A program made the translations under genes and the position numbers. The notes under the pieces were generated by a model. It saw nothing but the letters and a program-made list of their open reading frames with translations. It made no database searches and was not told the origin of the DNA. From Octopus vulgaris (lineage: Eukaryota), in assembly GCA_951406725.2 (NCBI GenBank), contig OX597817.1:93496001-93560000 (forward strand): 64,000 bases of DNA. Direction: 5' to 3'. How positions within the stretch are numbered: the first letter of the stretch is position 1; each line of letters starts with the position of its first letter. Of the stretch, positions 37,994 to 50,341 are shown piece after piece.

Positions 37994-38710
37994 TAGGGTG
38001 GGCCAAAGGGTTTGAATGTTTAATAACTTCTTTATTTTTTATTTTAAATTTACAATACCATAGTATCATATACAGTTCATACAGAAAATAATTAGTCTTT
38101 GTTTACTAGAGTCACTCGCAAGGCTGTGGTCGGCTTGAGGCTATAAGTAGAAGACACTTGTTGAAGGTGTCACACCATGGGACTGAATCTGGAACCATGT
38201 GGTTGGGAAGTGAGCTTACACAGCCACAAATCTAACTGCATATTGCAATCTGTGGGCATAATCTGGTGGCTTCACTGTTGTACCAACTGGATTTTATACA
38301 GGAAAAGGTCCAAGGTTTTTAGAATGTGTCAGAGTGATGTCCAGGAGACTCCAGCCTGTTCAGGCTGCCTTCACATTGATGTGCTCAAGTCTTCTTTAAG
38401 ACTCTCCATTATATAACTGCATCATTCCTGGAATGTTGCTTACTGAACCCTGTACTTCAAAATGACTAGTCAAACATCTAATCATTAATTCACTTGAGGA
38501 ATCCTTCACGTAATGGTAATGATATGCTCATTGAGTTAGAATTATTGATTCTTGGTTTTGATAGTAAAATTTCACAATTTGTGTTCACTGTTTGGTTGTG
38601 AACATTTTCATGGTTAGTCTTCTTTATAAAATCTGTAAAAACATGAAAGAAAAATATTTTCAAAAATGAAGTTAAGTATTGTAACCCTTCATGACTTTTG
38701 GCCCACCCTG
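37994..38710 (-). mobile_element. Internally deleted Tc1/mariner element with a nested SINE
   Basis: TIRs agggtgggccaaa / tttggcccaccct; minus-strand MFTTKQ*TQIVKFYYQNQESIILTQ HTH-like start. Confidence 0.7.
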
Positions 38711-38851
38711 AATATATAATGTGTATATATATATATATATGATTGACTGCTAATCCAAAAGTTTTTCTTTTTTCTTTCTCTGTTTATTTCCTCATGTTCC
38801 TTTCTGTTGAAGAGCGTAGGCTTGAAATGTAAAAGACTTTCTCACCTTCCT

Positions 38852-39617
38852 GTACTGGCAATGACCTCGCTCGAATCTTTTTACATGTACCCACCGGCAC
38901 AGGTGCCAGTGAAGCAACATTGGTAACGATCACGCTCGAATGGTGCCCTTTTACGTGCCATGTTGGCTGCTCTGGCAACGATCACGCTCAGATGGTGTTC
39001 TTGGCACCCTACTAGCACAGGCATAAGTGCCAGTAAGGCGACGCTGGGAGCGATCATACTCGAAAAGCCGCTGTGTCAACGATCACACTCGTATGGTGCT
39101 CTTTGCACCCCGCTAGCATGGACGCCAGTCATCGAAGTGAATTTGATTTTGATTTGATTTGATTTCACTTGCCTCATCAGGTCTTCGCAAGCAAAGTTTA
39201 GTGACCAAAGAAGGAAAAGCTACGCATAAGCGGGCTGGTTATGCTCCTGGCATAGGCCACAGGATATGGTTTCATCTGGCTTGCTGGGTCTTCTCGAGCA
39301 CAGCATATTTCCAAAGGTCTTGGTCGCTAGTCATTTCCTTGGTGAGGCCTAATGTTCAAAGGTCGTGCTTCACCACTTCATCCCAGGTCTTCCTGGGTCT
39401 ACCTCTTCCACAGATTCCCTCAACGACTAGGGTGTGGCACTTTTTCACACAGCTATCCTCATCCATTCTCACCACATGACCATACCAGTGCAGTCGTCTC
39501 TCTTGCACACCACATCTAATGCTTCTTAGGTCCAACTTTTCTTTCAAGGTACTTGCACTCTGTTGAGTATGCACACTGACATTACACATCCATCGGATCA
39601 TACTGGCTTCATTCCTT

Positions 39618-39619
<2 letters not shown>
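38852..39619 (-). mobile_element. RTE LINE 3' fragment
   Basis: ORF 39356-39679 has RNEASMIRWMC...RRLHWYGHV...GRGRPRKTW. Confidence 0.9.
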
Positions 39620-39668
<49 letters not shown>

Positions 39669-39919
39669 TTGTTTTGCAAGATTCCTGATGTGAAATTGTG
39701 TGTTGAAACATATTGTTATATTTTAGGATGATCATTTTATTTTTGGGATTAAACAGAAAGGCAGGAAACATTTGGGATGGAGTCACTGAATAGGTCACAG
39801 GTGTGTGACACAATAAAGATTTCCAGTCAATGGACATAAGATAAAATAAGAACAATAATAAATGAGTGCATTTGTTTATTTGGCAGGAAAAAAAATGAAC
39901 ATCCTGAAATATAACAATA

Positions 39920-39964
<45 letters not shown>

Positions 39965-40019
39965 AGAGTAAGAGAGAAGAGAGAAAGAGGGAAGAGAGAA
40001 AGAAGAAAGAGAGTAAGAG

Positions 40020-40059
<40 letters not shown>

Positions 40060-40833
40060 TCTTACTCTCTTTCTTCTTTCTCTCTTCCTCTTTCTCTCTT
40101 CTCTCTTACTCTTTCACTCTCTCTTTCTCTCTTTTTCTCCTCTCTTACTATCTCTCCTCACATATCCACCTTCCCCCTTCATCGTCAACCCTCTCCCATA
40201 AGCCCACCCAACCCCTACACATCCCTACTCCACCTTCCCTATCCTTCCCTTCCCCCCATCATATCCCCTACACCCTCTCCCACATACCCCACCTCTACCC
40301 CCACCCTCAGCCTACACACAAACCCCACCTCTACCCCAACCCTCAGCTGAACCCACATCCCACCTGTGTTTCCCCACTCTTGCTTCCCCCACCTCCCAAC
40401 AACATCACACCACACCACACTACACCATACAACATTACACAACACACCACCCACACACCAGCTCTGACCAATTCCCATCCCCACATTTTCACACCTACAC
40501 ATACATACATGCACACGTCCAGACCACCAGCCCGCTTTCACACGCACATATATACTCTCTTATACACACACGTGCCTTCGTGTTAGGGGCCATCTTTACT
40601 TGTTATCTCCCCTACTTCTTCACTCTCCTGTGTGACCCTTCTGTCCGGTAATCGCCATGATAGATCGGTAGCCACTACACACATTTTTTTTCTCTCCTTG
40701 TTTTTTTCTGTGTCCCTTTCTGTAGCTTAGGCTCGAAACGTAAAAGACTTTTTCTATTCCTGAGCGTTATACTAATACATCTGTCTGTTTTGTACACCAC
40801 CTGTCTTTGTCTTTTGTTTTTATCGTGAAGTTT

Positions 40834-40876
<43 letters not shown>

Positions 40877-41222
40877 TAAAAACGGTAAGATAACAAAAGA
40901 AAGAAAGAGACCTCAATATTATGTAAATAGAGGAAATTTATCTATAAAATAATGTTACAATTACTCAATAGTCAAGATAAAACTCTGAGTTTCAGATGCC
41001 GAAGTGGAAATCCACAACACCATCTCTTCGGTTATCTGGCCATCTGAAAAACGCTATGAAAAAATACCGTTATATAAAGGGAAATTATTGTGTTATAATT
41101 CTGCTACTTATATGAAATAAGATTAAAAGTTCATAGTAAACACGTAAACATGGCTAGTCATACGCTCACATCTGAAACTCACAGTTTTATCTTGACTATT
41201 GAGTAATTGTAATATATTATTT

Positions 41223-41262
<40 letters not shown>

Positions 41263-41629
41263 AAATTTAAATTAAGCAGAAAATGGAGAAATCTTGATCA
41301 ACAACAATTGACTGCCATCGATTATTATTTTTAATACAAAACTTTATCCCATTTAACAGCCATTTCTGCTACCAGCGTTCCACAGTGTTGCCAAAGAAAA
41401 TTCTGAGAGTTTTGTATTAAAAAATAATAATAATAGGTGTAGGAGTGGCTGTGTAGTAAGTAGCTTGGTTACCAACCACATGGTTCTGGGTTCAGTCCCA
41501 CTGCGTGGCACCTTGGGCAAATGTCTTCTACTATAGCTTCATCCAACCAAAGCCTTGTGAGTGGATTTGGTAGACGGAAACTAAAAGAAGCCTGTCGTAT
41601 ATATATATATATATATATAATCTATATAT

Positions 41630-44600
41630 TTGCTACCCTGCATGTATCTGCATCGCTCATGACCATAATGTTAATGCTTATGCTTACAATGCTACTAACA
41701 TCAGCTCCTACCACCGGTTGGGGCAACGTCCTTAACATGCTTGAATGTTGTCAGGCTGGAAGAGAGGTAGAAAGAAAAAGAGAAAGGATGAAGCATGCCA
41801 AACAAACGAACATCACAACAACCCTCTTCTTTTCAGGTGCTGAATAGCAACCTCCCACCCCAAACCTCACCCCACATTCCCTTCCCAGTTTTCAGAGTTG
41901 GCACTGTCAATGTTGGCACAATGAAAGGTAGGTCTAGTGAGGTTGTGGAGATGCTTGAAAGGAGATGGTTTGATGTATGCTGCATACAAGAGGTAAGATG
42001 GAGAGGAGCTTCACAGGCAAGGCACATAGGTACAAATTCTTCTGGCAAGGTAACATGGATGGTATAAGGGGTGTAGGCATTCTCCTCTCAGAGAAATGGG
42101 GGGATAAGGTTATAGAGGTTGTTAGGGTATGCGATAAAGTACTTAAGCTTAGGCTAGTAATGCAGAATAGCACAGCTACTATCGTCTCCGCCTATGCCCC
42201 ACATGCTGGGTTACCAAATGATCAGAAAGACCACTTTTATGACACCCTTCTACAGGCTACCTCAAAGATGAGTGGAAATGACCTCATCTTTGTGGCTGGA
42301 GACTTTAATGGGCATGTCGGGCGGGAAGCAGGTATCTTCACTGGGGTACATGGTGGCCATGGTATTGGCACTCGAAATGATGAGGGAACTAGGCTACTGG
42401 AATTCTGTGATGCATGTAACCTTTTAATCTGCAACACTAACTTCAGGAATCCAGACAGCCACCTGATAACCTATCAATCAGGAGACAGGTAGCCAGATTG
42501 ATTTCATCCTCACCAGACAGCAGGACGCAGGATTGCTCTTAAATGCAAAGACCCTCCCGGGTGAAGAATGTACCCCGCAGCATAGGCTAGTCATTAGTGA
42601 CTTTAGCCTCGAGGCCAGAAAGATACCAAGAAGCAAACCAATCCCCAAAAGAAGGATTTGGAAGCTGAAGAACCCTTCACATGGTCAAAGATTTATGGAC
42701 ATCCTCATCAAAAAATTTGAGGAGAGGAAGGAGGAGCTACAGACATCGGACATAGAAGGTAGCTGGAAATTCCTAAGGGACAGCTTACTGAGCGCCACAG
42801 ACCAAGTCTGTGGCTGGTGCAAAGTCCCTTCCAGACGTAGAGTTATGTGGTGGTGGAATAGTACAGTAGACAAGGCCATTAGGGCAAAGAAACAGGCCTG
42901 GAAAGCCTGGAAGGATGGGGGTAGCAGGGAACAGTACCAGGTAGCCAGAAGGGAGGCTAATGTCCAGAGATGTGAGGACCAAAGAACTGAGGTATTTTGG
43001 ATTGCAAGAGAGTGTGTGAGAGAAAAGTGTGATGTCACAGGAGAGAAATGTGTTCGAATGGATGATGAGGCACATGCTTTTTGTGATTCTGAAAAGAAAG
43101 AGGCTTGGAGAAACCACTATGAAAGACTGCTGAATGTGTAGAATGAGTGGGAGGAGGAGAGCCTGCCAAATGTTGACCCAGTAGAAGGACCAGCTATCCG
43201 TATAGATAGCTCCCTAGTAGTTAAGGCAATTAAGGGTATGAAGCCAGGAAAAGCCTCCGGCCCATCAGGAATCACTGCTGAGATGCTTAAAACATCTGGT
43301 GGTGTGGGCTGCGGCCTAGTCACCCACATTGTAAACCAAGTAGTTCATGGAGTCATACCCAATGACTGGCATAGCAGCACCATAGTCAACTGCTACCAGG
43401 GTAAAGGTGATGCTCTAGATAGAAATAACTACAGGGGTATCAAACTGCTGGATCAGGTAATGAAGGTCATGGAGAGGGTCATAGCCCAACTAATTAGGGA
43501 GAGAGTTAGCCTAGATGAGATGCAGTTTGGTTTTGTGCCGGGTAGAAGCACCACTGATGCCATATTCATGGTTCGACAACTGCAGGAGAAATACCTAGTC
43601 AAAGATAAACCCCTATACTTAGCTTTTGTGGACTTGGAGAAAGCCTTTGACAGGGTCCCCTGATCCCTTATCTGGTGGGTGATGCAGAAACTGGAGATTG
43701 ACGAATGGTTAATAAGGGCTGTACAAGCCCTCTACAGAGAGGCTGTTAGTAAGGTTAAGATTGGCAATGAGTACAGTGAGGAATTCCGAGTAGAAGTTGG
43801 CGTCCACCAAGGCTTAGCCCTCAGTCCCCTTCTATTCATCATAGTTCTCCAGGCAATAACAGAGGAATTTAAGATGGGTTGTCCCTGGGAGCTCCTCTAT
43901 GCTGATGACCTAGCCCTCGTAGCAGAATCGCTACCGGAGCTAGAGAAAAAATTTTGTGTGTGGAAGCTAGGTTTAGAATCAAAAGGCCTTAGAGTCAATG
44001 TAGCAAAGACCAAAGTTCTAGTTAGTAGGAAGGCAAACTCACCACACACCCCTTCAAGTAGGTGGCCCTGCTTGATCTGTAGAAAAGATGTAGGTAGAAA
44101 CTCCATAAGATGTACCCAGTGTAAAGCTATGGACACATAAGAGGTGCAGCAATATCAAGAAGATAGCTTACATGTGGGGCCGGTGCACAGGGGCAATAGA
44201 CACCATTCATACTCAGAAAACAGATTCCATTACACTCCTTGGGGAGAAACTAGAAGTAGTTGATAGTTTCTGCTACCTAGGTGACCAAGTTAATAGCAGG
44301 GGTGGATGCTCAGAGAGCGTTACCACTAGAATAAGAATAGCCTGTGCAAAGTTTAGGAAGCTTCTCCCCCTACTAGTGACAAAGGGTCTCTCGCTCAGAG
44401 TGAAAGGTAGATTGTATGATGCATGTTTGCGAACTGCCATGCTTCGTGGCAGTGAAACATAGGCTGTGACTGCGAAAGACATGCATAGGCTTCAAAGAAA
44501 TGAAGCTAGCATGATCCGCTGGATGTGTAATGTCAGTGTCCATGCACGACAGAGTGTAAGCGTCCTGAGAGAAATGTTAGGCGTAAGAAGCATTGGATGC

Positions 44601-45287
44601 AGCGTGCAGGAGAGACGATTGCGTTGATATAGTCATGTACTACGGATGGATGAGGAGAGATGTGTGAAGAAGTGCCACTCCCAAACTGTTGAAGGAATCC
44701 GGGGTAGAGGTAGACCCAGGAAGACATGGGACGAGGTGGTCAAGCATGACCTTCGTACGTTGAGTCTCACAGAGGCTATGACAAAAGACCAAGACCTCTG
44801 GAGATATGCTGTGACTTCAAAGACCCGACAAATGAAGTGAGTTCATGTCTTGCAGGACGGCCTGCTGTGCTAACCTTGGATCATAGAGTGATCCGCTGTT
44901 CTTGAGGAGACCTGTTGAGTCAAGTACATCAACATCAAAATAAAAATTCAAATGGAAATTGTAGTTAAGACACCCGTACTGGTGACACGTAAAAAGCACC
45001 GTCCAAACGTGGCAGATACTAGCGCTGCTTAACTGGCGTCCGTGTCGGTGACACGTAAAAGCACCAACCGATTGTGGCCGTTTGCCAGCCCGCTCTGGCC
45101 CCTGTGCCGGTGGCACGTAAAAAACACCCACTACACTCACGGAGTGGTTGGCGTTAGGAAGGGCATCCAGCTGTAGAAACACTGCAAAATCAGACTAGAG
45201 CCTGGTGCAGCCTCCATGCTTGCCAGATCCCGGTCGAACCATCCAACCGATGCTAGCATGGAAAACGGACGTTAAATGATGATGATG
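41630..45287 (+). mobile_element. Near full-length, frameshifted RTE-clade LINE (APE + RT + PHD-like insert + 3'UTR + TGA tail)
   Basis: APE: VGTVNVGT, CCIQEVRW, AGDFNGHVG, QHRLVI. RT: NYRGIKLL, QFGF, FVDLEKAFDRVP, GVHQG..LSPLLF, YADD. Ends gttaaa(tga)n. Confidence 0.95.
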
Positions 45288-45733
45288 TGTGTGTGTGTGT
45301 ATATGTTTGTGTGTCTGTGTTTGTCCCTCCCCCCCTCCCAACATCGCTTGACAACTGATGCTGGTGTGTTTACGTTCCCGTAACTTAGTGGTTCGGCAAA
45401 AGAGACTGATGGAATAAGTACTAGGCTTGCAAAGAATAAGTCCTGGGGTCGATTTGCTCAACTAAAGGCGGTGCTCCAGCATGGCCACAGTCACATGACT
45501 GAAACAAGTAAAAGAGTAAAGAAAGTTAATCGATGGTAGTCAATTGTTGTTGATTCTCCATTTTCTGCTTCATCTAAATTTGATTCCTGATAAACTCTTA
45601 TTTATTTTTATTATTACCTGTATCCTATGAGCATAATATGCTTGCATATGTATGCCCAGGGTTAACATCGGTAATTTATACTGGTAGTAAAATGGATATT
45701 CTTATCGCTTAGACAGTTATTTCAACCACTATC

Positions 45734-45780
<47 letters not shown>

Positions 45781-45781
<1 letters not shown>

Positions 45782-46576
45782 TAGCAGTATTGCCCGGCTC
45801 GTGCGTTCTATGCTTGCGCGAATTAAGCTAAACTTGGGTGAAGTTCAATCAAAATTCAATTATTTTGGTTTTAAAATCAAGCATTTAATGCCCTCTATTT
45901 TTGCGCTTATGTGTTCCATTTCCTCAATAGGAAGTACGTAGAAGTGTTTCATAAATCTTTGTTGATCAAATAATTGCATTGTTGAATTATTCTTTTAGAT
46001 CAGTATTTCTCATCGGGGATTTCAGGGGAGAGTTTCAGGGAGTTGCTGGCGATGTATCGTGATGATCAAAAATCTGGCCTGCTAAAATTTAGTTAAAGTG
46101 ATTCAAACTGCAGACTCAACGCAAAATGGTCACATTTAATTCAAAGCGTTAAAAATGTTATGAAAACAATTGGTATATGTTCACAAAGTCCAAACGATTA
46201 ATACGAAAAAACCCTCCAGGCTACATCCTGAAAATTCATTTCTTTGCCGAATTTCTACAATGTTTACGGCGATTCGTTTTTATATCTTGATATTTTATTT
46301 TTCATGCAATTTTCGCATGCTTGCACGCGTGGTGAACACAGTCCACGTCAAACAGCTGACTGAGTAAAGTTCACTATTCAATGCATGGGATAAGGCCTAA
46401 ACAAACACATTATCGATTTTTTCACTTGCGAGATGAATTTCGGAACAGAAATAGCGCAGTTCAATTTTCATTCGCCTAAACTTTAAGTGGCCCATTTTTG
46501 GTGGTTCTACGATTTGTTGGCTAGGAGGAGATGTGCCAGGAAGTTAAACGCACGAGTTGAGTTTTATATATATAGA
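45781..46576 (-). mobile_element. Non-autonomous Helitron-like element
   Basis: Minus strand begins A|TCTATATAT and ends CTAG|T with a GC-rich subterminal motif; CpG-rich; no TSD; sits about 90 bp upstream of exon 7. Confidence 0.7.
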
Positions 46577-46665
46577 TATATTTTGGCAGTTTGAACAATA
46601 CTATAAGGAAGTTCTGTAGCATAACATTTTGTCAATTGAATATTGTTATATTTTTGTCATTTTAG

Positions 46666-46750
46666 GTTGTTTGTGGTCAAGACCACACATTCTTTTTGAC
46701 ACAGTCTGGAGAGGTATACAGCTGTGGCTTAAGCTCAGATGGACAGACAG
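46666..46750 (+). CDS. RCC1L: RCC1L coding exon 7 (VVCGQDHTFFLTQSGEVYSCGLSSDGQT)
   Basis: ttttag acceptor and gtaact donor; VCGQDH..GEVYSCG...DGQTG motif. Confidence 0.93.
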
Positions 46751-47498
46751 GTAACTATACAGGATATTTACATTTATATAAATTATTTATATGATTTATG
46801 TTTTTCAGATCTATCTTTGTATATAAACACAATATATTCATAAAGTACAGATGTATGGAAGATATGATGTAGCTAAATTTAAGGTAAAGTAAATAAAAAA
46901 GATGACACATCAGGAGGTGGGAAAGAGACCTGTGTACATTGTGAACCCATGATAGAAAATATCTGTGTTTTCTCCCTGTTATGTTAGCAACAGGTAAAAC
47001 TTGTCTAATTTATAGTTGAGTGGTTAGCAATAGGTGGATAAACCAGATGTTTTGGCAGTCATCCAGGCTATGTAGGTCATCTGTATCTCATATTGCTCCA
47101 TCCATCCACATTTGGTCATTTGTATCCCACACTCTTCTATCTACCTACTGCAAGGAATCTCTATACCATCCAATCACTATAGACCATCACTACTCTACGT
47201 CTTTATATTCTGACATACATATTCCTCAGTGAATGCTGTAATCAAACATTTGATATACTCACAATTCAAACACAAAACACCACCATGGTAATTAATATCA
47301 AACACATATAGTCACCACTACCACCACCATTATTACACATATACAGTTATCATAATTTTAGTTATCAGTACCTTACAGTTACAATAAAACCCACAATTAT
47401 CATCACAAATACTTTAGCTTATAACTGCTGGAAGTACCACTGCTAACACTATAGACATATGTTTTAGAAATCTCTTGTCTGTTTCTGTTTGTCTTTAG

Positions 47499-47609
47499 GT
47501 TTGGGTCATTACAAGAATGTGTCACAAGCAACACAAGTGAAAGGTGATATTGAAGGTGTCAACATCAAACAGATAGCATGTTCTGGAGATTGTGTCCTAG
47601 CTTTATCAG
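47499..47609 (+). CDS. RCC1L: RCC1L coding exon 8 (GLGHYKNVSQATQVKGDIEGVNIKQIACSGDCVLALS)
   Basis: ctttag acceptor and gtaggt donor; phase 1 to 1. Confidence 0.92.
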
Positions 47610-47855
47610 GTAGGTGTGCCCAGTGTGGTTGTGTACTCTTATTGTTCTGGAGACTGTCCAGGTATTGTCAGGTAGGTGTGTCCAGGGTGGCTATGTACCT
47701 TATTGCTGTGGAGATTGTGTCCTAGCATTGTCAGGGTGGTGTATCCAGAGTGGCTGCATACTCTGTAGACTGCCTTAGTTTTGTCAGGTAAGTGTACTCT
47801 GGGTGGGTATGTGCCGTTATTATTCTGGAGATTGTCCTAGCATTGTCAGGTAGAC
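47581..47855 (+). repeat. Tandem array of about 5 x 60 bp derived from the exon 8 / intron 8 junction
   Basis: Unit ttctggagattgtgtcctagc.ttgtcag|gtaggtgtg.ccag.gtgg...ttattg. Confidence 0.9.
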
Positions 47856-48108
47856 AATGCTACAATATACAGCAGCTGTATATCTCTATTATTCTAGGAA
47901 GTGTGTACTAACTTGTAATTAATAGTCTATGATGTAAACTGGTGACTATGTAGTCTGTTTTATGACACTTAAATTATTAATTAAATGAAATATAAAGTTT
48001 ATGAGTTGAAAAAAATGTGACTAAGATTGTTAAAATTACTATATAGAAACATTTTTAGTCTTGTAACTTGAACAGTTAACCTATAAGTATAATTGCTTCC
48101 TGTCTTAA

Positions 48109-48322
48109 CTCTTTAGCATTTAAACCAGTTGTATCTGGCCCAAATATTCTACTTGATTTATATTCGCACAGGCCAGATCCAACCTCTCACACCTACCCTG
48201 CAATGTCATTCTAAAAACAAACAATCTCCTTAAAAATCTCAGAGCAATGAGATAATACAGTATTAATTTTATAAAATGTGACTAAGTATTACACTTGACA
48301 AAGTAATCTGAATGCTAAAGAT
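48109..48322. mobile_element. piggyBac-like MITE
   Basis: ttaa|ctctttagcatt ... aatgctaaagat|ttat inverted ends. Confidence 0.6.
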
Positions 48323-48361
48323 TTATATATATTTCTTGTTATTTCCCTTTTTTCTTTTCAG

Positions 48362-48523
48362 ATGAAGGAGATGTATTTGGCTGGGGCAACTCTGAGTACA
48401 ACCAGTTAGCATTGATTACTGATCACACCCAGGTGCATACACCAAAGCATTTTAAACTATCAGCATCTTTGGGCAAAATCACCCAAGTGGCATCTGGTGG
48501 GTCAATCTGTGGGTTTCTGAATG
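48362..48523 (+). CDS. RCC1L: RCC1L coding exon 9 (DEGDVFGWGNSEYNQL...VASGGSICGFLN)
   Basis: ttttcag acceptor and gtaaga donor; FGWGNSEY.QL motif characteristic of RCC1L. Confidence 0.93.
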
Positions 48524-48613
48524 GTAAGAGGACATCTTATATAATAGTGTTTGCTGATTAGTGTTAATTGGGAATGGCTTTTTATGAATCTTAATAAATT
48601 CTTTGCTTTAATT

Positions 48614-50341
48614 CAGTGTTTCTCAGCCATTTTTTAATATATGGATACTTTTGATTCTTATTTTACTTGGGTGGACCCTCCTAGCATTCATCATCATCAT
48701 CATCATTTAACGTCCGCTTTCCCTGCTAGCATGGGTTGGACGATTTTGACCGAGGGCTGGCGAACCAGTTGGCTCCACCAGGCTCCAATCTTGATTTGGC
48801 AGAGTTTCTACAGCTAGATGCCCTTCCTAACGCCAACCACTCCGAGAGTGTAGTGGGTGCTTTTTATGTGACAACAGCACGGGGGCCAGTCAGGCGGTAC
48901 TGGCAATGACCTCGCTCGAATCCTTTTACACATGCCCCCGGCACAGGTGCCAGTAAGGCGACTTTGGTAACGATCACGCTTGAATGGTACCCTTTTATGT
49001 GCCACTGGCACGGAAGCCAGTTGGCTGCTCGGGCAACGATCATGCTCAGATGGTGCTATTGGCACCCTACTATCACGGGCACAAGTGCCAGTAAGGCGAT
49101 GCTGGTAACGATCACGCTCGAATGGTGCCCTTTGAGTGCCACTGGCACGGAAGCTGGTTAGCTGCTCTGTCAATGATCATGCTTGTATGGTGCTCTTTGC
49201 ACCCTGCTAACAGGGACGCCAGTCATCAATTTTGATTTTGATTGATTTGATTTCACTTGCCTCAAGAGGTCTTCATGAGCAGAGTTTTAGTGTCCAAAGA
49301 AGGAAAAGGTATGCATAAGTGGGCTGGTTACGCCCCTGGCATAGGCCATGAGATTATGGTTTCATTTGGCTTGCCGGGTCTTCTCATGCACGGCATATTT
49401 CCAAAGGTCTCGGTCACTAGTCATTTCCTTGGTGAGGCCTAAAGTTTGAAGGTCGTGCTTCACCACTTCATCCCAGGTCTTTCTGGGTCTACCTCTTCCA
49501 CAGGTTCCCTCAACTGCTAGGGCGTGGCACTTTTTCACACAGCTGTCCTCGTCCATTCTTGCCACATGACCATACCAGCGCAGTCGTCTCTCTTGCACAC
49601 CACATCTGATGCTTCTTAGGTCCAACTTTCCTCTCAAGGTACTTACACTCTGTCGAGTATGCACACTAATATTACACATCCCATCGAATCATACTGGCTT
49701 CATTCCTTGTGAGCTTACGCATGTCCACAGCAGTCACAGCCCATGTTTCACTGCCATGTAGCATGGCTGTTCGTACACAAGCGTCATACAGTCTATCTTT
49801 TACTCTGAGTGAGAGGCCCTTTGTCGCCAGCAGAGGTAAGAGCTCTCTGAACTTTGCCCAAGCTATTCTTATTCTAGCAGTTACACTTTCAGCGCACCCA
49901 CCTCCACTATTGACTTGGTCCTCTAGGTAACGGAAGCTATCAACTACTTCTAGTTTTTCTCCCTGGAATGTGGCGGAAGTTGGTCTCTGCGTATTTTCAG
50001 TGTTTATTGCTCCCGAGCATCTGCCACATACAAAATCTTTCTTCCCAGTTAGCCTCCCTTTGATATTACTGCACCTCTTATGTGTCCATAGCTTACACAG
50101 GGTACATCTTATAGAGTTTCTACCTACGCCTTTTCTACAGATCGAGCAGGGCCATCTACCTGAAGGGATCATATCTTTATTGCTACATTTGCTACCAGGA
50201 CTGCTAGGAATTGTATAAAAATGATTATTAAAATAATTTGCATATTGTAGAAGTATGACCAATCTATTGGAGATAAATTTTAACAACAAAATCCTATGTG
50301 GACCCCTCAGGGGCCATAAGGACCCCAGTTGAGAATCACTG
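48614..50341. mobile_element. hAT MITE (same family as 26784) split by an RTE insertion
   Basis: Ends cagtgtttctca / tgagaatcactg; TSD ctttaatt / ctttaatc; both halves align with 26784-27038. Confidence 0.8.
48689..50169 (-). mobile_element. 5'-truncated RTE LINE with intact PHD-like finger
   Basis: ORFs 49672-50289 and 49362-49679; (cat)n tail at 48689. Confidence 0.92.

Noticed and set aside
39862-40586. Low-complexity ORFs (YI, ER, PT repeats)
   Set aside because: Translations of microsatellites and C-rich simple sequence.
47581-47855. Repeat array as a CRISPR-like locus
   Set aside because: Degenerate tandem units without unique spacers, derived from an exon junction, in a eukaryotic context with no cas genes.
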